A stretch of DNA of 64,000 nucleotides, taken from NCBI GenBank assembly GCA_031274995.1, contig JAISPJ010000013.1, forward strand, positions 86 to 64,085. Reading direction: 5' to 3'. Shown here one piece after another: positions 40,328-49,310 of the stretch; position 1 is the stretch's first letter; every line of letters begins with the position of its first letter. A program made the translations under genes and the position numbers. Origin of the DNA: Azoarcus sp. Lineage in GTDB: Bacteria > Pseudomonadota > Gammaproteobacteria > Burkholderiales > Rhodocyclaceae. Below the pieces are notes generated by a model. That model saw only the letters and a program-made list of their open reading frames with translations, was not told the DNA's origin and did no database searches.

Positions 40328-40382
40328 GCCTAACATTCAACCCGGACGCGCTAAAGCGCGCCGGTTAATTTAGCCGTTAAAC
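40328..40382 (+). mobile_element. Degenerate integron attC-like site
   Basis: GCCTAAC (R'') ATTCAACCCGGACGCGC-TAAA-GCGCGCCGGTTAAT (L''/L' stem with extrahelical bases) TTAGCC GTTAAAC (R'); the usual 5-nt R''-L'' spacer is missing. Confidence 0.62.
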
Positions 40383-40399
40383 CTGACAAGGAGTCATCA

Positions 40400-40618
40400 A
40401 TGCCAACCATGGTTCTGAGAAATACGGAAAATGCTGACACGGGCTTCCTCTTAATCGCCGGAAATGAGGCATTGTCGGAAGGCGAACAGCAACGAGACGT
40501 TGTCTTTATGAGGTTGCCCCTTCCCTTCACTTCTCCTTTGGCTGATTTTGTCGGCGAACATAAGCATGCCGAGTTTTCTGCGCTGCTCAGAAGCTCGCCG
40601 GAGGGCACTTCGCCATGA
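40400..40618 (+). CDS. Hypothetical 72-aa protein directly after the attC-like site
   Basis: AAGGAG RBS 6 nt before ATG; stop overlaps the RNase start (ATGA); no recognised motif. Confidence 0.45.
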   Translation: MPTMVLRNTENADTGFLLIAGNEALSEGEQQRDVVFMRLPLPFTSPLADFVGEHKHAEFSALLRSSPEGTSP

Positions 40619-41154
40619 TCCCGCTGACTTCCAGTCGTCTCATAACGGTCGCCCTCCTGGTTTTCAGCCTGTTTGCCCTGTCAACATGTGAGGAAAAACA
40701 GACGAAAGACCCGGCGCCACAGCAATCAGTCACAACGGTTCCCGCACAAGAGGAGACGGTTCCCGCACAAGAGGAGACGGTTCCCACAGAAGAGGAGACG
40801 GTTCTTGCGCAAGAGGAGACGGTTCCTGCGCAAGAAACAGTTCTGCAGGAAGGAACAGTTTACGCGCAGCAGCTCCCGCACGAGGCCCAACAAACACTGG
40901 TACTGATTTATCAAAACGGCCCTTTCCCCTATGATCGTGACGGCATCATATTCGGCAATCGCGAAAAACTGCTGCCGATGGAACGGAACGGCTATTACCG
41001 TGAATATACCGTGCCAACGCCTGGCGCCAAGGATCGCGGTGCCCGCCGTATCGTGTGTGGCGGCGAGAAACCATCGGATCCCGACCGTTGCTACTACACC
41101 GCTGACCATTACCTAAGCTTCCAATTCATCCTCGATGAAACCACTAAGCCTTGA
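40615..41154 (+). CDS. Secreted guanyl-specific ribonuclease (RNase Sa/N1/T1, barnase-like) with N-terminal repeat stalk
   Basis: Signal peptide; GPFPYDRDGIIFGNREKLLP, YYREYTV, RGARRIVCGG, YYTADHY. Confidence 0.9.
   Translation: MIPLTSSRLITVALLVFSLFALSTCEEKQTKDPAPQQSVTTVPAQEETVPAQEETVPTEEETVLAQEETVPAQETVLQEGTVYAQQLPHEAQQTLVLIYQNGPFPYDRDGIIFGNREKLLPMERNGYYREYTVPTPGAKDRGARRIVCGGEKPSDPDRCYYTADHYLSFQFILDETTKP
40735..40869 (+). repeat. In-frame 21-bp tandem repeat (TVPAQEE)n
   Basis: ACGGTTCCCGCACAAGAGGAG twice exact, twice diverged, then shortened 18-nt units. Confidence 0.92.
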
Positions 41155-41551
41155 CGATCTCGACCGAGCCGGCATCCATCCTCTCAAGGAGCCCGAAGCT
41201 CTCGCCGACTTGATCCAGGCTTGTGAAACTTCATCGCTGCATTACTTTGCCATCGATATTGCCGATGTCCTCAACAAAGCTCAACTGCTCGAACGGTTTG
41301 CCGAAACGCTGAAGTTTCCCGATTATTTTGGGCGCAACTGGGATGCGCTCTACGACGTGCTATGCGACCGGGAGTGGTTCGGCAACAGCGGTATCGTGCT
41401 TCACTTGAAACACACAGGTTCTTTTGAAAAACTCGCTGCCGACGATTGGCTTGCCCTGTGCGCGACTCTCGAAGAGGCTATCGACTACTGGCGCTGCTTG
41501 AACCTGCCGTTCTGGGTATTCGTCGATCACATACGCTGCCAATTCGATTAA
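41135..41551 (+). CDS. Barstar-family RNase inhibitor
   Basis: LKFPDYFGRNWDALYDVL; overlaps the RNase 3' end. Confidence 0.9.
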   Translation: MKPLSLDDLDRAGIHPLKEPEALADLIQACETSSLHYFAIDIADVLNKAQLLERFAETLKFPDYFGRNWDALYDVLCDREWFGNSGIVLHLKHTGSFEKLAADDWLALCATLEEAIDYWRCLNLPFWVFVDHIRCQFD

Positions 41552-41680
41552 GGAGGCGCTGATTTACAAGTTTTTTGCTGAATCGACGATGGTGGCAGTT
41601 GTTTTTTCGGAATGAGCCCGAGCAAGGGCCGAAGCGTTGCCGTCAGGGGTGAATCGGGTTTTTCCCGTGCAAGCAAAGCA

Positions 41681-41707
41681 GAAATGGGGGCGAAAGCCCC
41701 CGTTTTC
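41681..41707. terminator. Bidirectional terminator between barstar and mazF
   Basis: GAAATGGGGGC-GAAA-GCCCCCGTTTTC hairpin. Confidence 0.7.
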
Positions 41708-41712
41708 GTTTG

Positions 41713-42060
41713 TCATTCAAACAGGATGGCCTCGATTCTGGCCAAGGCTTCATCAACGATGTACTGCGGCACAGCTTCCTTGAGGCGCACATTCCGCGCC
41801 CGCCAATCCAGCGACTTCAACTGATGGCAATGCACAGCGCCTTGGGTGTCGGTGCCAGCTCCCATTAGCGTGACTACAGTCCCGTAGGTGCGGACCGCAG
41901 CGGCAGCCCCTTGCGAAATTGGGCAAATCATTGCCAGCCCTTGCTGGTTGAAGACCTTGCCGCTCAGGACGAGGCCGAAGTGCGGGCCTTTCATCTCCCG
42001 ACCGGAGGACGGGTCGAAATCGAGATGCACGATGTCTCCACGGTTCGGCAGGTACGCCAT
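41713..42060 (-). CDS. PemK/MazF-family endoribonuclease toxin
   Basis: PNRGDIVHLDFDPSSGREMKGPHFGLVLS...ICPIS...HQLKSLDWRAR. Confidence 0.92.
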   Translation of the reverse strand: MAYLPNRGDIVHLDFDPSSGREMKGPHFGLVLSGKVFNQQGLAMICPISQGAAAAVRTYGTVVTLMGAGTDTQGAVHCHQLKSLDWRARNVRLKEAVPQYIVDEALARIEAILFE

Positions 42061-42305
42061 CAGCCGTTCTCCAGCCCAACCGAAGGCATTTCGTCCCAGC
42101 CTTCAACACGCGGTAGCCCTTGCGGCATTTCTGCCATCAAGTCGGCCAGCTTATAGCGCGGGCGAGTCGGCGCCTCCACGGTCATCTTTTTGCCTATGAG
42201 ATGAAGCTCTACCTGGGAGCCTTCGGTCAGGCTATTCTGGTCAGTAAACACTTTGGGCACCGTCATTACGAGCGAGCCACCGGCTTTGCGCAGGGTTTGA
42301 AGCAT
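42060..42305 (-). CDS. AbrB/MazE-family antitoxin
   Basis: MLQTLRKAGGSLVMTVP...RYKLADLMAEM; GGAGG RBS; promoter TTGAAT-N17-TAGAAT at 42362-42334. Confidence 0.92.
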   Translation of the reverse strand: MLQTLRKAGGSLVMTVPKVFTDQNSLTEGSQVELHLIGKKMTVEAPTRPRYKLADLMAEMPQGLPRVEGWDEMPSVGLENG

Positions 42306-42420
42306 ATTGAGCCTCCTATCAGCGATTAGTCCTATTCTAGTATAACTCGTTGTTTTATTCAAGTAGGACATTTACTGTGCTAGACTTGCTGCCTTCACTG
42401 TTCTCACAACAGGCGCTCCC

Positions 42421-43557
42421 ATGTCCGGCAATACTTTTGGTACGTTATTTTGCGTGACTTCCTTTGGTGAATCTCATGGCCCGGCCATTGGCTGCGTGGT
42501 CGACGGTTGCCCGCCGGGATTACCGCTCACAGCGACGGACATCCAGGCCGACCTCGACCGCCGCAAGCCTGGAACCTCGCGCCATGTCACCCAACGCCGT
42601 GAGCCGGACGAGGTGGAAATTCTCTCCGGGGTTTTTGAGGGGCTGACGACGGGCACGCCTGTTGCCATGCTGATTCGCAATCAGGATCAGCGGTCAAAAG
42701 ATTACAGTGACATTGCCGGCCTGTTTCGCCCAGGACACGCCGATTACGCTCACTGGCAGAAGTACGGTGTGCGCGATTACCGTGGCGGTGGGCGAAGTTC
42801 GGCACGCGAGACGGCGGTGCGGGTGGCGGCGGGCGCTATTGCGCGCAAATGGCTGGCCGAAAAATTTGGTATTCAGATCCGTGGCTATCTGGCCCAGCTT
42901 GGAGAGATTCCCATTCCCTTCGAGTCTTGGGATGCCATCGCGGGCAGCCCTTTCTTTGCGCCCAACGTCTCGCTTCAGCCCAAACTCGAAGCGACCATGG
43001 ACGACCTGCGCCGCGCGGGGGATTCCATCGGTGCGCGCATCAACGTGGTGGCCGGCGGCGTGCCGGTGGGATGGGGGGAACCGGTGTTCGACCGGCTGGA
43101 CGCCGACATCGCTTACGCGATGATGGGCATCAACGCGGTGAAGGGAGTCGAGATCGGCGCGGGTTTTGCGTCGGTGAGCCAGCGCGGTTCGGAACACGGT
43201 GATGAGATTACGCACGAGGGTTTTTTGTCGAACAACGCGGGTGGCGTGCTTGGCGGCGTGTCGTCGGGGCAGGACATCGTGGTGAGCATGGCGGTGAAAC
43301 CGGCTTCCAGCATCCGCCGCGAAAAGCGCACGATCAACCTTGCCGGTGAAGCGGTGACGGTGAGTACCGAAGGCCGTCATGACCCCTGTGTGGGCATCCG
43401 CGCCATTCCCGTGGCCGAAGCCATGCTGGCCCTGGTGCTGATCGATCACGCTTTGCGCCATCGCGCCCAGTGCGGCGACGTGCGCACGTCCACGCCAAAA
43501 GTCGCGGCGCTGGCTCCGCAAGGACGTGCGCAACCACCTTCGCCCAGGAAGGGCTGA
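42421..43557 (+). CDS. aroC: Chorismate synthase
   Basis: [35 protein letters not shown]. Confidence 0.98.
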   Translation: MSGNTFGTLFCVTSFGESHGPAIGCVVDGCPPGLPLTATDIQADLDRRKPGTSRHVTQRREPDEVEILSGVFEGLTTGTPVAMLIRNQDQRSKDYSDIAGLFRPGHADYAHWQKYGVRDYRGGGRSSARETAVRVAAGAIARKWLAEKFGIQIRGYLAQLGEIPIPFESWDAIAGSPFFAPNVSLQPKLEATMDDLRRAGDSIGARINVVAGGVPVGWGEPVFDRLDADIAYAMMGINAVKGVEIGAGFASVSQRGSEHGDEITHEGFLSNNAGGVLGGVSSGQDIVVSMAVKPASSIRREKRTINLAGEAVTVSTEGRHDPCVGIRAIPVAEAMLALVLIDHALRHRAQCGDVRTSTPKVAALAPQGRAQPPSPRKG

Positions 43558-43566
43558 ACGCGGAAA

Positions 43567-44367
43567 ATGAGCATGAAAGTGAGAGGAATAGCCGCATTAC
43601 TATCGGTTTTCTTTCTGTTGTCCGTTTGTTCGGATAGCGATGGCCAGCCTTTGCCGGAAAATGCCAAAACTGCCGATTCGAATGCGAAAAGCATGACAGA
43701 AAAGTCGAAAGGAGTGCTGCCGGATACTTCAGGCGACTATGTTCAGTTTACAGTTACCGGATACAGCGGGGGTACATATCGGCTTGAGGGCAATAAAGCC
43801 AACAAATGCGCAGGCATAGTAACGCTCAAAGGTTCTGCCAGGATGTTGTCCTTGAACCTTTACGATGAGGCATCCCGCACGGAGGTCGGTCTTGTCGGAC
43901 TCCTTGACCTGGCGGTTTTATCGGAACAGGTCGTTCCGGTGACTCCGTTGACAATGAATGCTGTCAAATTCAATACGCCCCCCAAAAAGATGACAATTGT
44001 GGATGATTGGCAAGATCATTTTATGAGCATGTCACATCCGCTTTTTTACGGCAATCCGGATACCATGGAGTCTGCCGCCAGCCGTTGGTTCATCAGTAGC
44101 GAAAAACTTCCCAAAAGGCGTCTGCGCATCCGGGGCAATGTGACGTTCCAGGCTGCCAACAATCCCTTGGTCCAATCGGGAAATCATGACGCCACGCTTG
44201 TCCGGTCTGTTCTGGAGGAGGCGGGCAAACACCCGGGCCGAAGACCGCCATACAACGCACAACTGGCCGGCACCAGTGAGATAACCGTTCGCGGGGATTT
44301 TGATATTACTGTCGTCGACACGAGCGAAGCGTTGGAATATCTGGAAAACCGGCTGAAAAAGCAGTAA
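43567..44367 (+). CDS. Hypothetical exported or lipoprotein-like protein
   Basis: 266 aa; hydrophobic N-terminus ending LSVC; lower GC than flanks; no recognised domain. Confidence 0.7.
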   Translation: MSMKVRGIAALLSVFFLLSVCSDSDGQPLPENAKTADSNAKSMTEKSKGVLPDTSGDYVQFTVTGYSGGTYRLEGNKANKCAGIVTLKGSARMLSLNLYDEASRTEVGLVGLLDLAVLSEQVVPVTPLTMNAVKFNTPPKKMTIVDDWQDHFMSMSHPLFYGNPDTMESAASRWFISSEKLPKRRLRIRGNVTFQAANNPLVQSGNHDATLVRSVLEEAGKHPGRRPPYNAQLAGTSEITVRGDFDITVVDTSEALEYLENRLKKQ

Positions 44368-44457
44368 CGGGAATTTCGCCGGGTTATCTCGATACCGATG
44401 CCGCTTCGCTCCACACGGCGCTTTTCGGCTACCCATGCGGATGGCCGTGTGAAATAA

Positions 44458-44501
44458 TTGACACCTCGTTTTGAGTCATTCCGGCCTGAAGGCCGGGGAT
44501 T
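44458..44501 (-). repeat. Palindromic element resembling an IS200/IS605 end or REP
   Basis: Minus strand AATCCCCGGCCTTCAGGCCGGAATG...GTGTCAA; 23 of 25 nt identical to 59601-59625. Confidence 0.55.
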
Positions 44502-44539
44502 GCGCTCGATGCGTTTCCAAAAGATTGTTGGAACACTTG

Positions 44540-45949
44540 ATGAACGCCAGGACACTGTACGAAAAACTGTGGTCGGAGCACCTTGTCCGCGAAGAGCCGG
44601 ACGGCACGGCGCTGATTTACATCGACCGCCATCTGATCCATGAGGTCACCAGCCCGCAAGCCTTTGAGGGACTAAAACTCGCAGGCCGCAAGCCTTGGCG
44701 CGTATCAAGCATCGTGGCGACGGCCGATCACAATACGCCGACCGACCATTGGGAAGAAGGTATCCGTGATCCGGTTTCCCGCCTGCAGGTGGAAACGCTG
44801 GACGCCAATATCCTTGAGACCGGCGCGTTGGCCTATTTTCCGTTCAAGGATGCGCGTCAGGGCATCGTGCATGTGATCGGTCCGGAGAACGGCGCGGTGC
44901 TGCCGGGCATGACGGTTGTCTGCGGCGATTCGCACACGTCCACGCACGGCGCATTCGCGGCAATGGCGCACGGCATCGGTACTTCCGAAGTCGAGCACGT
45001 GCTGGCGACGCAATGCCTGGTGCAGAAAAAATCGAAAACCATGCTGATCCGGGTCGAAGGCCGTCTGGGCAAGGGCGTGACCGCCAAGGATGTGGCGCTT
45101 GCCATTATCGGCAGAATCGGCACGGCTGGCGGTACGGGTTACGCGATGGAATTCGGCGGCTCCGCCATTCGCTCTCTTTCGATGGAAGGGCGGATGACCC
45201 TTTGCAACATGGCCATCGAAGCCGGGGCGCGGTTGGGGTTGGTGGCTGTCGACGGTGTGACGATCAACTACCTGAAGGATCGCCTCTTTTCGCCACGCGG
45301 CGAGGATTGGGACAAGGCGGTGACAGTCTGGCGCACCCTGCATTCGGATGAAGGCGCCGCATTCGACTGTACCGTGGAGCTGGACGCGGAAAAAATCCTG
45401 CCCCAGGTGACATGGGGCACGTCACCGGAAATGGTCGTGTCCGTGACCGCTACGGTTCCCGATCCCCGAAAAGAACCGGACGCGGTAAAACGCGAAGGCA
45501 TGGAGCGCGCGTTGCAGTACATGGGCCTGCAAGCGGGCATGCCTGTCCGGTCGATCAAAATCGACAAGGTTTTCATCGGTTCCTGCACCAATTCCCGCAT
45601 CGAAGATTTGCGTCAGGCGGCAGCGGTGCTGAAAGGCCGACGGAAAGCGGAGAACGTCAAACTTGCGCTGGTCGTGCCGGGGTCGGGGCCGGTCAAGTGT
45701 CAGGCGGAGGCGGAAGGGCTGGATAAAATCTTCATCGCTGCCGGTTTCGAGTGGCGCGAACCGGGATGTTCGATGTGCCTTGCCATGAATGCCGACCGCC
45801 TGGAGCCGGGCGAACGCTGCGCTTCCACGTCGAACCGCAATTTCGAGGGGCGGCAGGGGCCGGGGGGCCGTACTCATCTGGTGAGCCCGGCAATGGCGGC
45901 AGCGGCGGCCATAGCCGGGTATTTCGCCGATGTGCGGGACATTCTTTGA
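44540..45949 (+). CDS. leuC: 3-isopropylmalate dehydratase large subunit
   Basis: [55 protein letters not shown]. Confidence 0.98.
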   Translation: MNARTLYEKLWSEHLVREEPDGTALIYIDRHLIHEVTSPQAFEGLKLAGRKPWRVSSIVATADHNTPTDHWEEGIRDPVSRLQVETLDANILETGALAYFPFKDARQGIVHVIGPENGAVLPGMTVVCGDSHTSTHGAFAAMAHGIGTSEVEHVLATQCLVQKKSKTMLIRVEGRLGKGVTAKDVALAIIGRIGTAGGTGYAMEFGGSAIRSLSMEGRMTLCNMAIEAGARLGLVAVDGVTINYLKDRLFSPRGEDWDKAVTVWRTLHSDEGAAFDCTVELDAEKILPQVTWGTSPEMVVSVTATVPDPRKEPDAVKREGMERALQYMGLQAGMPVRSIKIDKVFIGSCTNSRIEDLRQAAAVLKGRRKAENVKLALVVPGSGPVKCQAEAEGLDKIFIAAGFEWREPGCSMCLAMNADRLEPGERCASTSNRNFEGRQGPGGRTHLVSPAMAAAAAIAGYFADVRDIL

Positions 45950-45964
45950 ACACAGGGAACCAGA

Positions 45965-46105
45965 ATGAAAAAGGGAATACTGTTTTGCGTCGTTTTTCTG
46001 ACGGCTTTTGTTATCGTTTCCGGCTTGTCGGCCTGCAATACCGTGCAAGGTGTCGGCAAGGACATCCAGGCAGGCGGCAAAGCGATCGAGAAGTCAGCGA
46101 AATGA
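45965..46105 (+). CDS. Entericidin A/B-family lipoprotein
   Basis: Manual translation MKKGILFCVVFLTAFVIVSGLSACNTVQGVGKDIQAGGKAIEKSAK*; lipobox LSAC and the CNTVxGxGKDI signature. Confidence 0.92.
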   Translation: MKKGILFCVVFLTAFVIVSGLSACNTVQGVGKDIQAGGKAIEKSAK

Positions 46106-46139
46106 GGCAATGACCTTGGAAAAACAAGCATAAGCGCGT

Positions 46140-46781
46140 ATGGATAAGTTCGCTACCTTTACGGGCCTCGTTGCCCCGCTGGATCGCAACAATGTCGATA
46201 CGGACGCGATCATTCCCAAGCAATTCCTGAAATCCATCAAACGATCCGGGTTCGGCCCGAACGCGTTTGATGAATGGCGCTACCTGGATCAGGGCGAGCC
46301 GGGCATGGACAACAGCCGTCGCCCTTTGAATCCCGGTTTCGTGCTCAACCAGGAGCGTTACCGGGGGGCGTCTGTTTTGCTCTCCCGCGCCAATTTCGGC
46401 TGCGGCTCCAGCCGCGAGCACGCGCCTTGGGCGCTGGCGGACTTTGGTTTCAAGGCGATTCTGGCCGAGTCGTTCGCCGATATATTTTTCAATAACTGCT
46501 TCAAGAACGGATTATTGCCTCTGACATTGCCCAAGGCAGAAATCGACGCGCTTTTCGGCCTTACCGAGTATATGCCGGGTTTCTCGCTGACCGTAAATCT
46601 GGCGATGCAGACGATTACCCGGCCCGATGGTATTGTGATTCCATTTCAGGTGGATGCGTTTCGCAAGGAGTGCCTGCTCAACGGTTGGGACGACATCGGC
46701 CTGACGCTGCGTCATGCCGATGAAATCCGCGCGTTCGAGGAACGCCGCAGGCGGGAATTGCCGTGGCTGTTTTCGGCCTGA
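46140..46781 (+). CDS. leuD: 3-isopropylmalate dehydratase small subunit
   Basis: [38 protein letters not shown]. Confidence 0.98.
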   Translation: MDKFATFTGLVAPLDRNNVDTDAIIPKQFLKSIKRSGFGPNAFDEWRYLDQGEPGMDNSRRPLNPGFVLNQERYRGASVLLSRANFGCGSSREHAPWALADFGFKAILAESFADIFFNNCFKNGLLPLTLPKAEIDALFGLTEYMPGFSLTVNLAMQTITRPDGIVIPFQVDAFRKECLLNGWDDIGLTLRHADEIRAFEERRRRELPWLFSA

Positions 46782-46795
46782 CACAAGGATATGCC

Positions 46796-47869
46796 ATGAC
46801 AAGAAAAATCTGCGTTCTCCCCGGCGATGGCATTGGCCCCGAAATTGCGGAGCAAGCCGTGCGTGTGCTGGAAGCCCTGAATCTCGGCTTTGAGATGGAA
46901 ACTGCGCTCTTGGGCGGCGCGGCCGTCGACGCGACCGGCGACCCGTACCCGGAAGCCACCCAAAAACTCGCGGTCGAGGCCGATGCCGTTCTGCTCGGCG
47001 CGGTGGGCGGCCCGAAATGGGACACATTGCCCCGCGAGCAGCGCCCGGAACGTGGCCTTCTCGGCATCCGCAAGCATTTGAATCTGTTTGCCAACCTGCG
47101 GCCAGCCGTGCTTTACCCGGAACTGGCGAATGCGTCCACCCTGAAACCGGAAGTTGTTTCCGGTTTGGATATTCTGATCGTGCGTGAACTGACAGGGGAT
47201 ATTTATTTCGGGCAGCCGCGCGGTATCGAAAATCGTAATGGTGAGCGTTTTGGTTTCAATACCATGCATTATTCAGAATCCGAAATTCGCCGTATTGGCC
47301 GTGTCGCATTCGGGGCGGCCCGCAAGCGCGATAAAAAAGTGTGTTCCGTCGACAAGATGAATGTGCTGGAAACGACGCAGCTCTGGCGCGATGTCATGAA
47401 TGAACTCGCGCCGGAGTATCCTGATGTGACGCTGTCCCATATGCTGGTGGACAACGCGGCCATGCAACTCGTGCGTGCGCCACGGCAATTTGACGTTATT
47501 GTGACCGGCAACATGTTCGGCGATATCCTCTCCGATGAAGCCTCCATGCTGACAGGTTCTATCGGCATGCTGCCTTCGGCGTCACTGGACGAAAACAACA
47601 AAGGGCTTTACGAACCGTCGCACGGCTCAGCTCCAGATATAGCCGGGCAGGGCGTAGCCAATCCCTTGGCGACCATTCTTTCCGCTGCCATGATGCTGCG
47701 CTATTCTTTTAATCTGGCGGATCAGGCGGAAATGGTAGAAAATGCGGTCAAAAAAGTGCTGGCCCAAGGATTGCGCACAAGCGATATTTACGAGCCGGGA
47801 ATGATCCGTGCCGGTACAAAGCAAATGGGCGATGCGGTGTTGGCCGAACTCGAAAAACGGGAAAGATGA
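46796..47869 (+). CDS. leuB: 3-isopropylmalate dehydrogenase
   Basis: [47 protein letters not shown]. Confidence 0.98.
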   Translation: MTRKICVLPGDGIGPEIAEQAVRVLEALNLGFEMETALLGGAAVDATGDPYPEATQKLAVEADAVLLGAVGGPKWDTLPREQRPERGLLGIRKHLNLFANLRPAVLYPELANASTLKPEVVSGLDILIVRELTGDIYFGQPRGIENRNGERFGFNTMHYSESEIRRIGRVAFGAARKRDKKVCSVDKMNVLETTQLWRDVMNELAPEYPDVTLSHMLVDNAAMQLVRAPRQFDVIVTGNMFGDILSDEASMLTGSIGMLPSASLDENNKGLYEPSHGSAPDIAGQGVANPLATILSAAMMLRYSFNLADQAEMVENAVKKVLAQGLRTSDIYEPGMIRAGTKQMGDAVLAELEKRER

Positions 47870-48007
47870 TATGCCTAAAAATGTACACTATTTGCCAAAA
47901 GATAAAGATTTTTTGGCGTGAATCACACCACATTGTTTTGTGTGATTTTTATGTAATATTTCGTCCCGCAAGGGTGTAGATATTTGGAAATCGTTTGAGG
48001 GATGGTT

Positions 48008-49141
48008 ATGAAAAGAGTGGGTCTGGTTGGTTGGCGCGGAATGGTGGGTTCCGTACTCATGCAGCGGATGGGGGAAGAAAATGATTTCGCCCTGTTTGAA
48101 CCCGTTTATTTTTCGACCTCCAATGCGGGCGGGCAAGCGCCTGTTTTCGGTGGCAGGGAGGCCGTTCAGCCTCTACAGGACGCGGCCAATATCGACACGC
48201 TCAAGGCATGCGACATCGTTGTGACCTGCCAGGGCGGCGATTACACGAAGGAAGTGTTTCCGAAGTTGCGCAGCGCAGGCTGGCAAGGGCACTGGATCGA
48301 TGCTGCCTCGTCGCTCAGGATGAATGACGACGCAGTCATCGTCCTCGACCCGGTTAATCTGGATGCCATCAAAGATGCGCTCGTGAAAGGCGGCAAGAAC
48401 TGGATTGGCGGAAATTGCACGGTATCACTGATGTTGATGGGACTGGGTGGGCTATTCCGGCACGATCTCGTCGAATGGGTCTCGTCGATGACCTACCAGG
48501 CCGCTTCCGGCGCGGGGGCGCAAAACATGCGCGAACTCCTCTCGCAGATGGGCGCGCTTCACGCATCGGTGGCCGACCTGCTGGCCGATCCGGTTTCGGC
48601 CATTCTCGACATCGACCGCAAGGTGGCCGAAACCATGCGCTCCCCGGCATTTCCGGCCAAAAACTTTCGCGGTGTGCCGCTGGCGGGCAGCCTCATTCCG
48701 TGGATCGACGTGTTGGCCGAGCACGGACAGTCGAAGGAAGAATGGAAAGGTGGCGTGGAGTGCAACAAGATACTCGGCAGGCCGCCATTCCGCTCGGCGG
48801 GCAGTATCCCGGTCGATGGGCTGTGTGTGCGCATCGGATCCATGCGCTGCCATTCGCAGGGGTTGACCATCAAACTGAAAAGGGATGTGCCGCTCGACGA
48901 GATCTCCGGGATCATCGCGTCAAGCAACGAATGGGTGAAGGTTGTTCCCAATGAACGAGAGGTTTCCGAGCGTGAACTTACTCCCGCCGCAGTAACGGGA
49001 ACGCTTTCCATCCCTGTCGGTCGATTTCACAAGCTGGCGATGGGGCCGGAATATCTAGGGGCGTTTACCGTTGGCGACCAGTTGTTGTGGGGCGCAGCCG
49101 AGCCGTTGCGGCGCATGTTGCGTATTTTGCTTGAGCAATGA
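48008..49141 (+). CDS. asd: Aspartate-semialdehyde dehydrogenase
   Basis: [47 protein letters not shown]. Confidence 0.98.
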   Translation: MKRVGLVGWRGMVGSVLMQRMGEENDFALFEPVYFSTSNAGGQAPVFGGREAVQPLQDAANIDTLKACDIVVTCQGGDYTKEVFPKLRSAGWQGHWIDAASSLRMNDDAVIVLDPVNLDAIKDALVKGGKNWIGGNCTVSLMLMGLGGLFRHDLVEWVSSMTYQAASGAGAQNMRELLSQMGALHASVADLLADPVSAILDIDRKVAETMRSPAFPAKNFRGVPLAGSLIPWIDVLAEHGQSKEEWKGGVECNKILGRPPFRSAGSIPVDGLCVRIGSMRCHSQGLTIKLKRDVPLDEISGIIASSNEWVKVVPNEREVSERELTPAAVTGTLSIPVGRFHKLAMGPEYLGAFTVGDQLLWGAAEPLRRMLRILLEQ

Positions 49142-49310
49142 ATGCGGATGATTCAGCGGATGATTCAGTCTTTTGAGCGACTCGAATGGTTGCTGCAAAT
49201 ATCTCGAATCAATGGTAAATTTGTAACCCCGGTTTGTAACTCCAGTTCCATGATATATCATCCTTTGGTTGTTTGAGTTTGATGAAGGGAAGCAGGATTT
49301 GAGGATGGCG

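Noticed and set aside
40735-40869. 21-bp repeats as a possible CRISPR array
   Set aside because: Units are contiguous, in-frame, have no spacers, and there are no cas genes; this is a coding VNTR.
44368-44539. Leucine attenuator or a second attC upstream of leuC
   Set aside because: No Leu-rich leader peptide with a terminator found; the CCGATGCCGCTTCG segment lacks the complementary arm and the GTTRRRY box.
45965-46105. Entericidin inside the leu operon as a novel insertion
   Set aside because: leuC-entericidin-leuD is a common betaproteobacterial arrangement.
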